Part shown: positions 34,659-46,830 of the stretch, piece after piece
How the letters are laid out: each line of letters opens with the position of its first letter
Numbering within the stretch: position 1 is the first letter of the stretch
NCBI GenBank assembly: GCA_017499595.2
Contig: CM039005.1
Location: forward strand, 3,286,001 to 3,335,923
Reading direction: 5' to 3'
DNA from: Psilocybe cubensis
Taxonomy: Eukaryota
DNA length: 49,923 bases
Position numbers and translations under genes: made by a program
The notes under the pieces: generated by a model
Databases searched by the model: none
What the model was told of the DNA's origin: nothing
The model's input: only the letters and a program-made list of their open reading frames with translations

Positions 34659-37600
34659 TCATCGGTTGTAAGATTTGGATATTCTGCCGAATTCTGGATG
34701 TTCCCTCTCTTGTGAGATTGAACGTCTATGAAGTATTATCTCGTTATCACTTTCGATACTTATCTGTTCAGCAGCTTCAACTAGAGCAGAATGATAAGTT
34801 TCATTAACGTTTTGAGTTTCGGGAACAACACCACCTTTTTCAGCGATGTTTTCATCCAGTTTACGAAAGACTGTTTTCTTCCACACATTTGCAAGGTCGA
34901 AAAGATTAGTATTGCGCTTTCGCGATACTATCCAACGACTTCCGAGTAGTCCTATCTTCCTCAAATCCGGTACGAACTCAGTTTCTCCGTCCACGAGGAT
35001 CTGTGTGAACAGCTCCGGGCGAACATCATCGAGGTCGTGAACGTAATTTGGATCTGGTTTGATAAGGGGTCTGGACGAGTCTGCACTATACAGACCTTTC
35101 TCGGCATGTTCATACCATGCCGACCAGTACTCGGTAACAGTCTTTCCAAGTTCAGCAGCTGAAAACCAATTCCATACCTGATCAAATCTGGTTTTAAGTA
35201 CAAGAATGGATTCGTCGTGCTCTGCGACTCGTAAAGCGAATCGCTTTTCCCAACGTTCTTGTATATTCTTCTTACACCAAGACATGACTAGGTTTTCGGG
35301 ATAACCGCGCATCAAATAGAGAGCGTTAAGGTCTCTAATTGCTCCGATGTAGATTTCCTTGGTACTACATAGCACGGCTAACCTGGATAACTCTCCAATG
35401 TAGACGCCACGTTTGACGTCCAAAGGATGATGTGATACCCATGGAACTCGTTCTCGGTTGTTTCCTGTCTTGACAAATGGCTTCCAATGAAGTTTTCCAG
35501 ACTCCTTGAATATGAAAGCATCGAGAAATTGACATCCCGACGAGGAAACAGCCCATTCGATAACACAACCATCGAACTTTATTGTTTCTTTAATAAGATT
35601 AAGTGCAAGTGCTTCGGACTCGGCGTAAACAATTGCGAAACAATCGTCGATGTACCTTCCATAGAAGGCCACGTTTGGGTGGTCTAAGATTTTTGACTTT
35701 ATTTCAAAATGGGCTCCAAAGAGGTTAGCAAGGTCCGGAGAATCCGCGACGCCCATTGCGAGGCCATTTTTTTGTCTAAAATATCTAGACCCATGTTGTG
35801 TTATCAATTGCGTATTGCCAATCTCGATAGCACGTTTAAAGATGCCCAATTTAACCAAGTTATTCTCTAACGAATTTGGATTAATATGGGCTAATGCAGT
35901 GTTTTCTTCCGAAGCGTTGAGTAACCATTCCTCGTACATATTACAAACGATTTCGATGCACAAGTCCAACGGAATATTGGGATAGAAAGCAACTACATCC
36001 CCGGTGACAAAATACCATTGTCGTTTGGGGTCTATACGCAATTGGCTTAATCTCGTAAAGAGATCCTTCGTTCCGTGAATGATTGAAGGAGTCGATTTAA
36101 TAATCGGCTTAAGCTCTTTTGATACAAACTTGGCTGCAGGATTAAATACTACAGAGTGACACGGAATTATGGGCCTAAATCCAGTAGGTTTCTTGTGGAT
36201 TTTAGGTATACCATGAAATTGAGGATACTTGAACGATGATCCGTCTTCCGGTACATTCGATAGAAAGAATCGAGACAACCCAAGTTCAAATAGAAACAGA
36301 TGTTCATCTTCGACGGTACGTGCGAGAGTTTGCATCTGAATCATTTTGCTCTTCATAACTTCTTGCGCAACTTCGAATTCTAACTCTTCGTAGTTGCGTT
36401 CATCTTCAAGAAGATTGAGCTCATTCCTTAATATCCAGTCGCGTTCAGACACCGCGAGGCCAAGATTCTTATCTGTCATCGTAATAACATAGTTGTTATC
36501 GAAAAGAAACTTTTGGATCTTGTCCCTTTTAGGAGAGAACGCGTGCTTTCGCATCTCTTTAAGGGCTTCTTCCGGGATACTTGCGATCGTTTTAATAACG
36601 TACCGACGTCCCATTGAAAGGCCAAGTTCCATAAATTGCGGTAACATTGGAGGTTTCTCTTTCTTTTTAGAGCTTACTCCATAGTCTGGATCGAAAGGTT
36701 TATTCATGCCTTCTTTAAACAAAAAATAGATACGCCATCTTATTCTTCGTTGAAAATCATTCCATGCTTGCATGATCAGACTTTTAGAAGGCAGTGTAAA
36801 AAACATATAATTGAGTCCAAGAGATAAATCATTTGCTACATCAACAGGGACCGAAACACCAGGACTACAGTGTACACTAGATCTATACTGGCCAGCCAAT
36901 AAGAATGAAATCGGGGTATTGAGGTGTACAAAAGAAACTGCGTCTGTTTTAGTCATGGTGAGTATATCGTCAGGAATAGAGTTGGGGAAGGCGGGTCTCA
37001 CCGACGTAAATGATGCTACAGTAGACCGCGCGTCTAGGCTCTTGCCTTTCCCTTTCCCTTTGGATCGTTGTTCTTGACGGGAGCTCTCCCCTTCCCTTTC
37101 TTCTTGTTGTCGACCTTGTTGGAAGCCTTGGTTTGAGGCTTCCTCTGCGAAGGCGTCGACGACGACTTGGGTTTCGAAGGGCCAGCTTTCCTGGCCTGAG
37201 GTTGAGGAGCCTTGGACGAATTCTGGCCAGACAAAGTCTGGGTAATTAGAGTAATAATTAGTGTCCAGAATTATGGGTGAAGGGTTACGAAAACTTGCCT
37301 TCTTGCCCACAGATCCAAGGTTGAGCTTTTTGAGACGTGCATTCAAGCCCTTATCAATAAGGGATTGAATCGATGGACCTGGTTTGGTCGCATCGGCCAT
37401 CTCGACATCGGCTGTTGCCGCAGTCGTCCGCTTTTTCTCAATCTTAATTGCCAAGGCGCGGTGGCGCATGTTGACAATCTGTTTGATATGAGAAAAGATC
37501 GCCGGCAGTATAGTTTGCAGCGCACTGCATTCGGCTTTCTTTTGCGGAGACACTACCCACTCTGCTATACGTCGAACTCCCTTGTTGTCTGTAGAGAAAA

Positions 37601-38192
37601 CAGGGAGCTTGTAGCTGGATTTGCGATCATCGTAAGTTGCCTTAACGATGAGGGCAGCAGCTTCGTAGCAAGAGTTGAGCGCGCATTTATCATCCCAAAA
37701 AGCCAGCTCGTCCTTTTTCGCCTGAACGGCGCCGTCGTTAATTGCCTTTTGGAAGGCATCACGAGCGGAAGAGAACGTAGTGGAGACTCGAAGAGCCTCC
37801 GCTGACCCGGCATCCGCGAATTCCTTCGTAAGTTGGAACTCGGGTGCCTTCACCTTAAGGCGATTGGGCGTGTTGCCTGCGCTAACGGCAGATTCAAGGC
37901 GCTCGAGGCTAGCCTTGACTGTTTCCCTCTTGTCGCACCACGATGCGAGGTTGAGGAGAAACTCCCTGAGGGCAGCACGATAGTCAAAAAAGACGCAGTC
38001 TATGACTTGGTCAACGGAGCGGCACTCAGCTATTTTTTTGATGACTACAGTGGCCAGCTCGTCGATAAGAGCGTTATGGCGGCCTGCTTCATCGTTGACG
38101 CCGAAGACAGTGTTGTTGACGACGGCCTGGGTGAGTGCGTCCAGGGTAGGGGACATGGCACGAGAGAATGCAGCAGAGTATTGGGATGACAT
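34659..38192 (-). CDS. Penelope-like reverse transcriptase polyprotein, 1177 aa
   Basis: Intact ORF with the same motifs and a 3-nt in-frame insertion relative to B/C. Confidence 0.93.
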   Translation of the reverse strand: MSSQYSAAFSRAMSPTLDALTQAVVNNTVFGVNDEAGRHNALIDELATVVIKKIAECRSVDQVIDCVFFDYRAALREFLLNLASWCDKRETVKASLERLESAVSAGNTPNRLKVKAPEFQLTKEFADAGSAEALRVSTTFSSARDAFQKAINDGAVQAKKDELAFWDDKCALNSCYEAAALIVKATYDDRKSSYKLPVFSTDNKGVRRIAEWVVSPQKKAECSALQTILPAIFSHIKQIVNMRHRALAIKIEKKRTTAATADVEMADATKPGPSIQSLIDKGLNARLKKLNLGSVGKKASFRNPSPIILDTNYYSNYPDFVWPEFVQGSSTSGQESWPFETQVVVDAFAEEASNQGFQQGRQQEEREGESSRQEQRSKGKGKGKSLDARSTVASFTSVRPAFPNSIPDDILTMTKTDAVSFVHLNTPISFLLAGQYRSSVHCSPGVSVPVDVANDLSLGLNYMFFTLPSKSLIMQAWNDFQRRIRWRIYFLFKEGMNKPFDPDYGVSSKKKEKPPMLPQFMELGLSMGRRYVIKTIASIPEEALKEMRKHAFSPKRDKIQKFLFDNNYVITMTDKNLGLAVSERDWILRNELNLLEDERNYEELEFEVAQEVMKSKMIQMQTLARTVEDEHLFLFELGLSRFFLSNVPEDGSSFKYPQFHGIPKIHKKPTGFRPIIPCHSVVFNPAAKFVSKELKPIIKSTPSIIHGTKDLFTRLSQLRIDPKRQWYFVTGDVVAFYPNIPLDLCIEIVCNMYEEWLLNASEENTALAHINPNSLENNLVKLGIFKRAIEIGNTQLITQHGSRYFRQKNGLAMGVADSPDLANLFGAHFEIKSKILDHPNVAFYGRYIDDCFAIVYAESEALALNLIKETIKFDGCVIEWAVSSSGCQFLDAFIFKESGKLHWKPFVKTGNNRERVPWVSHHPLDVKRGVYIGELSRLAVLCSTKEIYIGAIRDLNALYLMRGYPENLVMSWCKKNIQERWEKRFALRVAEHDESILVLKTRFDQVWNWFSAAELGKTVTEYWSAWYEHAEKGLYSADSSRPLIKPDPNYVHDLDDVRPELFTQILVDGETEFVPDLRKIGLLGSRWIVSRKRNTNLFDLANVWKKTVFRKLDENIAEKGGVVPETQNVNETYHSALVEAAEQISIESDNEIILHRRSISQEREHPEFGRISKSYNR

Positions 38193-38301
38193 GGTAACTG
38201 ATGGGTGATAGCAAAGTCGTTGGGTTTAGGGGGGGAGCGAGCACCGAGCGAAGCGAGGTGCGAGCGACTAGTTTAAACTGTGAGTTTGAAATAGAAAGAA
38301 G

Positions 38302-38364
38302 GCCAGAGGGCTGTTGGGGGATCCCAACAACCAGCCCTTTCGTCTTTATAGACTCTTCAGTGGC
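38302..38364 (-). ncRNA. Type I hammerhead ribozyme
   Basis: Same core and stems. Confidence 0.88.
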
Positions 38365-39108
38365 TATTCTTTAGAAGGAATGTTCTAGACATCCGATGAC
38401 AGCGCGTGAAGTGATGCTGCGCAGCTGTCATGTATCTTACCGACTATCACAAATCTGTCAATGTTTATTGTCAAGTTAGACAGGTCTCTGATGAACAGAG
38501 TGTCACGGGTCGATGTGGCACATGGTAACCTGTCAAAAGTGGATCCAACACTTTTGTTCTTTGACATCGTGGGTTATTGACTGTGATGTGATTCACATGG
38601 ATATAGATTACTCTGGTTACGTGGCTCCGAGTAACCGCGACATGGGAATATTCACATGTCTAGAGTATAAATAGCTTACCTGGGTCCTTACCTAACAATC
38701 AAACAATAGAATGATTGATTGTTGTGAATCTTAATTGGACAGTTCATGATCCGGTCCATCAAAAATGTTTCCACGGTACTAAGGAACTTTTCCCGAAGTA
38801 CTAAGTAACTTTTCCCATGTACTAAATTAGATCCGGCCCTTCACAATCACATGCCGTTCGGAAGTTCACACGCCTACCTTACTTCCTACTAAGGTTAGAC
38901 TTAGTTAGCTTAGGGTTGGGGTTAGGTTAGGGTTTAGGGTTTAGGGTTTAGGGTTTAGGTTTAGGTTTAGCTATTTAATCCAATGTGTTGCTTTAGGGTT
39001 TAGGGTTTAGGGTTTAGGGTTTAGGGTTTAGGGTTTAGGGGGGGAGCGAGCACCGAGCGAAGCGAGGTGCGAGCGACTTGTTTAAACTGTGAGTTAAATG
39101 GAAAGAAG

Positions 39109-39171
39109 GCCAGAGGGCTGTTGGGGGGTACCAACAACCAGCCCTTTCGTCTTTATAGACTCTTCAGTGGC
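39109..39171 (-). ncRNA. Type I hammerhead ribozyme (variant stem III loop)
   Basis: Core intact; stem III apex is UGUUGG-UACCCC-CCAACA. Confidence 0.88.
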
Positions 39172-39880
39172 TATTCTTAGAAGGAATGTTCTAGACATCC
39201 GATGACAGCGCGTGAAGTGATGCTGTGCAGCTGTCATGTATCTTACCGACTATCACAAATCTGTCAATGTTTATTGTCAAGTTAGACAGGTCTCTGATGA
39301 ACAGAGTGTCACGGGTCAATGTGGCACATGGTAACCTGTCAAAAGTGGATCCAACACTTTTGTTCTTTGACATCGTGGGTTATTGACTGTGATGTGAATC
39401 ACATGGATATAGATTACTCTGGTTACGTGGCTCCGAGTAACCGCGACATGGGAATATTCACATGTCAAGAGTATAAATAGCTTACCTGGGTCCTTACCTA
39501 ACAATCAATTGATTGATTGTTGTGAATCTTAATTGGACAGTTCATGATCCGGTCCATCAAAAATGTTTCCACGGTACTAAGGAACTTTTCCCGAAGTACT
39601 AAGTAACTTTTCCCATGTACTAAATTAGATCCGGCCCTTCACAATCACATGCCGTTCGGAAGTTCACACGCCTACCTTACTTCCTACTAAGGTTAGACTT
39701 AGTTAGCTTAGGGTTGGGGTTAGGTTAGGGCTTAGGGTTTAGGGTTTAGGGTTTAGGTTTAGGTTTAGCTATTTAATCCAATGTGTTGCTTGTAAGTAGA
39801 TGTTTGTTACTTTATAGCAATGAATACTTACGGTTAGGGTTTTTTTCTAATGCTTTACGCCTTAAGCGCTAGTATTCTTT

Positions 39881-40890
39881 TCATCGGTTGTAAGATTTGG
39901 ATATTCTGCCGAATTCTGGATGTTCCCTCTCTTGTGAGATTGAACGTCTATGAAGTATTATCTCGTTATCGCTTTCGATACTTATCTGTTCAGCAGCTTC
40001 AACTAGAGCAGAATGATAAGTTTCATTAACGTTTTGAGTTTCGGGAACAACACCACCTTTTTCGGCAATGTCTTCATCCAGTTTACGAAAAACTGTTTTC
40101 TTCCACACATTTGCAAGGTCGAAAAGATTAGTATTGCGCTTTCGCGATACTATCCAACGACTTCCGAGTAGTCCTATCTTCCTCAAATCCGGTACGAACT
40201 CAGTTTCTCCGTCCACGAGGATCTGTGTGAACAGCTCCGGGCGAACATCATCGAGGTCGTGAACGTAATTTGGATCTGGTTTGATAAGGGGTCTGGACGA
40301 GTCTGCACTATACAGACCTTTCTCGGCATGTTCATACCATGCCGACCAGTACTCGGTAACAGTCTTTCCAAGTTCAGCAGCTGAAAACCAATTCCATACC
40401 TGATCAAATCTGGTTTTAAGTACAAGAATGGATTCGTCGTGCTCTGCGACTCGTAAAGCGAATCGCTTTTCCCAACGTTCTTGTATATTCTTCTTACACC
40501 AAGACATGACTAGGTTTTCGGGATAACCGCGCATCAAATAGAGAGCGTTAAGGTCTCTAATTGCTCCGATGTAGATTTCCTTGGTACTACATAGCACGGC
40601 TAACCTGGATAACTCTCCAATGTAGACGCCACGTTTGACGTCCAAAGGATGATTTGATACCCATGGAACTCGTTCTCGGTTGTTTCCTGTCTTGACAAAT
40701 GGCTTCCAATGAAGTTTTCCAGACTCCTTGAATATGAAAGCATCGAGAAATTGACATCCCGACGAGGAAACAGCCCATTCGATAACACAACCATCGAACT
40801 TTATTGTTTCTTTAATAAGATTAAGTGCAAGTGCTTCGGACTCGGCGTAAACAATTGCGAAACAATCGTCGATGTACCTTCCATAGAAGG
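39881..40890 (-). pseudogene. C-terminal fragment of the RT ORF
   Basis: Collinear with the last third of the full ORF; no native start codon. Confidence 0.88.
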
Positions 40891-40994
40891 GTTTAGGGTT
40901 TAGGGTTTAGGGTTTAGGGTTTAGGGGGGGAGCGAGCACCGAGCGAAGCGAGGTGCGAGCGACTTGTTTAAACTGTGAGTTAAATGGAAAGAAG

Positions 40995-41057
40995 GCCAGA
41001 GGGCTGTTGATTGTTATCAGCAGCCAGCCCTTTCGTCTTTATAGACTCTTCAGTGGC
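40995..41057 (-). ncRNA. Type I hammerhead ribozyme (covariant stem III)
   Basis: Core intact; apex UGAU-AACA-AUCA replaces UGGG-AUCC-CCCA. Confidence 0.88.
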
Positions 41058-41767
41058 TATTCTTAGAAGGAATGTTCTGGAACATCCGATGACAGCGCGT
41101 GAAGTGATGCTGCGCAGCTGTCATGTATCTTACCGACTATCACAAATCTGTCAATGTTTATTGTCAAGTTAGACAGATCTCTGATGAACAGAGTGTCACG
41201 GGTCGATGTGGCACATGGTAACCTGTCAAAAGTGGATCCAACACTTTTGTTCTTTGACATCGTGGGTTATTGACTGTGATGTGAATCACATGGATATAAA
41301 ATACTCTGGTTACGTGGCTCCGAGTAACCGTGACATGGGAATATTCTCATGTCAAGAGTATAAATAGCTTACCTGGGTCCTTACCTAACAATCAATTGAT
41401 TGATTGTTGTGAATCTTAATTGGACAGTTCATGATCCGGTCCATCAAAAATGTTTCCACGGTACTAAGGAACTTTTCCCGAGGTACTAAGTAACTTTTCC
41501 CATGTACTAAATTAGATCCGGCCCTTCACAATCACATGCCTTTCGGAAGTTCACACGCCTACCTTACTTCCTACTAAGGTTAGACTTAGTTAGCTTAGGG
41601 TTGGGGTTAGGTTAGGGCTTAGGGTTTAGGGTTTAGGGTTTAGGTTTAGGTTTAGCTATTTAATCCAATGTGTTGCTTGTAAGTAGATGTTTGTTACTTT
41701 GTAGCAAGGAATACTTACGGTTAGGGTTTTTTTCTAATGCTTTACGCCTTACGCGCTAGTATTCTTT

Positions 41768-44700
41768 TCATCGGTTGTAAGATTTGGATATTCTGCCGAA
41801 TTCTGGATGTTCCCTCTCTTGTGAGATTGAACGTCTATGAAGTATTATCTCGTTATCACTTTCGATACTTATCTGTTCAGCAGCTTCAACTAAAGCAGAA
41901 TGATAAGTTTCATTAACGTTTTGAGTTTCGGGAACAACACCACCTTTTTCAGCGATGTCTTCATCCAGTTTACGAAAGACTGTTTTCTTCCACACATTTG
42001 CAAGGTCGAAAAGATTAGTATTGCGTTTTCGCGATACTATCCAACGACTTCCGAGTAGTCCTATCTTCCTCAAATCCGGTACGAACTCAGTTTCTCCGTC
42101 CACGAGGATCTGTGTGAACAGCTCCGGGCGAACATCATCGAGGTCGTGAACGTAATTTGGATCTGGTTTGATAAGGGGTCTGGACGAGTCTGCACTATAC
42201 AAACCTTTCTCGGCATGTTCATACCATGCCGACCAGTACTCGGTAACAGTTTTTCCAAGTTCAGCAGCTGAAAACCAATTCCATACCTGATCAAATCTGG
42301 TTTTAAGTACAAGAATGGATTCGTCGTGCTCTGCGACTCGTAAAGCGAATCGCTTTTCCCAACGTTCTTGTATATTCTTCTTACACCAAGACATGACTAG
42401 GTTTTCGGGATAACCGCGCATCAAATAGAGAGCGTTAAGGTCTCTAATTGCTCCGATGTAGATTTCCTTGGTACTACATAGCACGGCTAACCTGGATAAC
42501 TCTCCAATGTAGACGCCACGTTTGACGTCCAAAGGATGATGTGATACCCATGGAACTCGTTCTCGGTTGTTTCCTGTCTTGACAAATGGCTTCCAATGAA
42601 GTTTTCCAGACTCCTTGAATATGAAAGCATCGAGAAATTGACATCCCGACGAGGAAACAGCCCATTCGATAACACAACCATCGAACTTTATTGTTTCTTT
42701 AATAAGATTAAGTGCAAGTGCTTCGGACTCGGCGTAAACAATTGCGAAACAATCGTCGATGTACCTTCCATAGAAGGCCACGTTTGGGTGGTCTAAGATT
42801 TTTGACTTTATTTCAAAATGGGCTCCAAAGAGGTTAGCAAGGTCCGGAGAATCCGCGACGCCCATTGCGAGGCCATTTTTTTGTCTAAAATATCTAGACC
42901 CATGTTGTGTTATCAATTGCGTATTGCCAATCTCGATAGCACGTTTAAAGATGCCCAATTTAACCAAGTTATTCTCTAACGAATTTGGATTAATATGGGC
43001 TAATGCAGTGTTTTCTTCCGAAGCGTTGAGTAACCATTCCTCGTACATATTACAAACGATTTCGATGCACAAGTCCAACGGAATATTGGGATAGAAAGCA
43101 ATTACATCCCCGGTGACAAAATACCATTGTCGTTTGGGGTCTATACGCAATTGGCTTAATCTCGTAAAGAGATCCTTCGTTCCGTGAATGATTGAAGGAG
43201 TCGATTTAATAATCGGCTTAAGCTCTTTTGATACAAACTTGGCTGCAGGATTAAATACTACAGAGTGACACGGAATTATGGGCCTAAATCCAGTAGGTTT
43301 TTTGTGGATTTTAGGTATACCATGAAATTGAGGATACTTGAACGATGATCCGTCTTCCGGTACATTCGATAGAAAGAATCGAGACAACCCAAGTTCAAAT
43401 AGAAACAGATGTTCATCTTCGACGGTACGTGCAAGAGTTTGCATCTGGATCATTTTGCTCTTCATTACTTCTTGCGCAACTTCGAATTCTAACTCTTCAT
43501 AGTTACGTTCATCTTCAAGAAGATTGAGCTCATTCCTTAATATCCAGTCGCGTTCAGACACCGCGAGGCCAAGATTCTTATCTGTCATCGTAATAACATA
43601 GTTGTTATCGATAAGAAACTTACGGATCTTGTCCCTTTTAGGAGAGAACGCGTGCTTTCGCATCTCCGTAAGGGCTTCTTCCGGGATACTTGCGATCGTG
43701 CGTTGCACGTACCGACGTCCCATCGAAAGGCCAAGTTCCATGTATTGCGGTAATACTGGAGGTTTCTCTTTCTTTTTTGAGCTTACTCCGTAATCTGGAT
43801 CAAAAGGTTTGTTCATGCCTTCCTTAAACAAAAAATAGATACGCCATCTTATTCTTCGTTGAAAATCATTCCATGCTTGCATGATCAGACTTTGAGAAGG
43901 CAGAGTAAAAAACATATAATTGAGTCCGAGTGACAAATCATTTGCTATATCTACAGGGACCACCACACCAGGACTACAGTGTACACTACTACGATACTGG
44001 CCAGCCAACAAGAATGAGATCGGCGTATGTAAGTGTACAAAAGAAACTGCGTCTGTTTTAGTCATGGTGAGTATATCGTCAGGAATAGAGTTGGGGAAGG
44101 CGGGTCTTACCGACGTAAAAGGTACTACATTAGACCGCGCGTCTAGGCTCTTGCCTTTCCCTTTCCCTTTGGATCGTTCTTGACGGGAGCTCTCCCCTTC
44201 CCTTTCTTCTTGTTGTCGACCTTGTTGGAAGCCTTGGTTTGGGGCTTCTTCTGCGAAGGCGTCGACGAGGGTTTGAATTTCGAAGGGCCAGCTTTCTTGG
44301 CCTGAGGTTGAGGAGCCTTGGACGAATTCTGGCCAGACAAAGTCTGGGTAATTAGAATAGTAATTAGTATCCAGAATTATGGGTGAAGGGTTACGAGAAC
44401 TTGCCTTCTTGCCCACAGATCCAAGGTTGAGCTTCTTGAGACGTGCATTCAAGCCCTTATCAATAAGGGATTGAATCGATGGACCTGGTTTGGTCGCATC
44501 GGCCATCTCGACATCGGCTGTTGCCGCAGTCGACCGCTTTTTCTCAATCTTGATTGCCAAAGCGCGGTGGCGCAAGTTGACAATCTGTTTGATATGAGAG
44601 AAGATGGCTGGCAAAATGGTTTGCAATGCGCTGCATTCAGCCTTCTTCTGCGGTGACACTACCCAATCTGTTATTCGACGAACTCCCTTGTTGTCTGTAG

Positions 44701-45298
44701 AGAAAACGGGGAGCTTATAGCTGGATTTGCGATCATCGTAAGTTGTCTTAACGATGAGGGCAGCAGCTTCATAACAGTTATTGAGTGCGCATTTATCATC
44801 CCAAAAGGCCAGTTCGTCCTTTTTCGCCTGAATGGCGCCGTCGTTGATTGCCTTTTGGAAGACATCACGAGCGGTGGAGAACGTAGAGGAAACTCGAAGA
44901 GCTTCCGCTGACCCGGCATCCGCGAATTCCTTCGTAAGTTGGAACTCGGGAGCCTTCACCCGAAGGCGATTGGGGGTGTTGCCTGCGCTAACGGCAAGTT
45001 CAAGGCGCTCGAGGCTAGCCTTGACTGTTTCCCTCTTATCGCACCACGATGCGAGGTTGAGGAGAAACTCCCTAAGGGCAGCACGATAGTCAAAAAAGAC
45101 GCAGTCTACAATCTGGTCAATGGAGCGGCACTCAGCTATTTTCTTGATGACGACAGTGGCCAACTCGTCGATGAGGGCGTTGTGGCGGCCAGCTTCGTCG
45201 TTGACGCCAAAAACTGTGTTGTTGACGACAGCCTGGGTGAGTGCGTCCAGGGTGGGGGACATGGCACGAGAGAAGGCAGCAGAGTAAGTGGAAGACAT
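41768..45298 (-). CDS. Penelope-like reverse transcriptase polyprotein, 1176 aa (diverged N-terminus)
   Basis: Intact ORF starting MSSTYS, with the same RT motifs. Confidence 0.93.
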   Translation of the reverse strand: MSSTYSAAFSRAMSPTLDALTQAVVNNTVFGVNDEAGRHNALIDELATVVIKKIAECRSIDQIVDCVFFDYRAALREFLLNLASWCDKRETVKASLERLELAVSAGNTPNRLRVKAPEFQLTKEFADAGSAEALRVSSTFSTARDVFQKAINDGAIQAKKDELAFWDDKCALNNCYEAAALIVKTTYDDRKSSYKLPVFSTDNKGVRRITDWVVSPQKKAECSALQTILPAIFSHIKQIVNLRHRALAIKIEKKRSTAATADVEMADATKPGPSIQSLIDKGLNARLKKLNLGSVGKKASSRNPSPIILDTNYYSNYPDFVWPEFVQGSSTSGQESWPFEIQTLVDAFAEEAPNQGFQQGRQQEEREGESSRQERSKGKGKGKSLDARSNVVPFTSVRPAFPNSIPDDILTMTKTDAVSFVHLHTPISFLLAGQYRSSVHCSPGVVVPVDIANDLSLGLNYMFFTLPSQSLIMQAWNDFQRRIRWRIYFLFKEGMNKPFDPDYGVSSKKKEKPPVLPQYMELGLSMGRRYVQRTIASIPEEALTEMRKHAFSPKRDKIRKFLIDNNYVITMTDKNLGLAVSERDWILRNELNLLEDERNYEELEFEVAQEVMKSKMIQMQTLARTVEDEHLFLFELGLSRFFLSNVPEDGSSFKYPQFHGIPKIHKKPTGFRPIIPCHSVVFNPAAKFVSKELKPIIKSTPSIIHGTKDLFTRLSQLRIDPKRQWYFVTGDVIAFYPNIPLDLCIEIVCNMYEEWLLNASEENTALAHINPNSLENNLVKLGIFKRAIEIGNTQLITQHGSRYFRQKNGLAMGVADSPDLANLFGAHFEIKSKILDHPNVAFYGRYIDDCFAIVYAESEALALNLIKETIKFDGCVIEWAVSSSGCQFLDAFIFKESGKLHWKPFVKTGNNRERVPWVSHHPLDVKRGVYIGELSRLAVLCSTKEIYIGAIRDLNALYLMRGYPENLVMSWCKKNIQERWEKRFALRVAEHDESILVLKTRFDQVWNWFSAAELGKTVTEYWSAWYEHAEKGLYSADSSRPLIKPDPNYVHDLDDVRPELFTQILVDGETEFVPDLRKIGLLGSRWIVSRKRNTNLFDLANVWKKTVFRKLDEDIAEKGGVVPETQNVNETYHSALVEAAEQISIESDNEIILHRRSISQEREHPEFGRISKSYNR

Positions 45299-45405
45299 AG
45301 TAGCTGTTGGGTAATAGCAAAGTCGTTGGGTTTAGGGGGGGAGCGAGCACCGAGCGAAGCGAGGTGCGAGCGACTTGTTTAAACTGTGAGTTAAATGGAA
45401 AGAAG

Positions 45406-45468
45406 GCCAGAGGGCTGTTGATTGTTATCAGCAGCCAGCCCTTTCGTCTTTATAGACTCTTCAGTGGC
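45406..45468 (-). ncRNA. Type I hammerhead ribozyme (covariant stem III)
   Basis: Same as 40995-41057. Confidence 0.88.
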
Positions 45469-46106
45469 TATTCTTAGAAGGAATGTTCTGGAACATCCGA
45501 TGACAGCGCGTGAAGTGATGCTGCGCAGCTGTCATGTATCTTACCGACTATCACAAATCTGTCAATGTTTATTGTCAAGTTAGACAGATCTCTGATGAAC
45601 AGAGTGTCACGGGTCGATGTGGCACATGGTAACCTGTCAAAAGTGGATCCAACACTTTTGTTCTTTGACATCGTGGGTTATTGACTGTGATGTGAATCAC
45701 ATGGATATAAAATACTCTGGTTACGTGGCTCCGAGTAACCGTGACATGGGAATATTCTCATGTCAAGAGTATAAATAGCTTACCTGGGTCCTTACCTAAC
45801 AATCAATTGATTGATTGTTGTGAATCTTAATTGGACAGTTCATGATCCGGTCCATCAAAAATGTTTCCACGGTACTAAGGAACTTTTCCCGAGGTACTAA
45901 GTAACTTTTCCCATGTACTAAATTAGATCCGGCCCTTCACAATCACATGCCTTTCGGAAGTTCACACGCCTACCTTACTTCCTACTAAGGTTAGACTTAG
46001 TTAGCTTAGGGTTGGGGTTAGGTTAGGGCTTAGGGTTTAGGGTTTAGGGTTTAGGTTTAGGTTTAGGGTTAGGGTTTAGGGTTTAGGGTTTAGGGTTTAG
46101 GGTTTA

Positions 46107-46830
46107 GGGGGGGAGCGAGCACCGAGCGAAGCGAGGTGCGAGCGACTTGTTTAAACTGTGAGTTAAATGGAAAGAAGGCCAGAGGGCTGTTGATTGTTAT
46201 CAGCAGCCAGCCCTTTCGTCTTTATAGACTCTTCAGTGGCTATTCTTAGAAGGAATGTTCTGGAACATCCGATGACAGCGCGTGAAGTGATGCTGCGCAG
46301 CTGTCATGTATCTTACCGACTATCACAAATCTGTCAATGTTTATTGTCAAGTTAGACAGATCTCTGATGAACAGAGTGTCACGGGTCGATGTGGCACATG
46401 GTAACCTGTCAAAAGTGGATCCAACACTTTTGTTCTTTGACATCGTGGGTTATTGACTGTGATGTGAATCACATGGATATAAAATACTCTGGTTACGTGG
46501 CTCCGAGTAACCGTGACATGGGAATATTCTCATGTCAAGAGTATAAATAGCTTACCTGGGTCCTTACCTAACAATCAATTGATTGATTGTTGTGAATCTT
46601 AATTGGACAGTTCATGATCCGGTCCATCAAAAATGTTTCCACGGTACTAAGGAACTTTTCCCGAGGTACTAAGTAACTTTTCCCATGTACTAAATTAGAT
46701 CCGGCCCTTCACAATCACATGCCTTTCGGAAGTTCACACGCCTACCTTACTTCCTACTAAGGTTAGACTTAGTTAGCTTAGGGTTGGGGTTAGGTTAGGG
46801 CTTAGGGTTTAGGGTTTAGGGTTTAGGTTT
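46107..46830 (-). mobile_element. Copy G, solo terminal module
   Basis: Module only, flanked by telomeric tracts and truncated in the internal telomeric tract. Confidence 0.88.
46178..46240 (-). ncRNA. Type I hammerhead ribozyme (covariant stem III)
   Basis: Same as 40995-41057. Confidence 0.88.

Larger units (their letters stand above)
33811..38993 (-). mobile_element. Element copy D, full length with 5' repeat (38229-38993)
   Basis: Module, ORF and second module, truncated at ...gtgttgctt|taggg. Confidence 0.9.
39038..40890 (-). mobile_element. Element copy E, heavily 5'-truncated
   Basis: Module plus the C-terminal part of the ORF, cut just upstream of FYGRYIDD (...ccatagaagg|gtttaggg). 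Confidence 0.9.
40924..46066 (-). mobile_element. Element copy F, full length with 5' repeat (45335-46066)
   Basis: Module, ORF and second module ending in the internal telomeric tract. Confidence 0.9.
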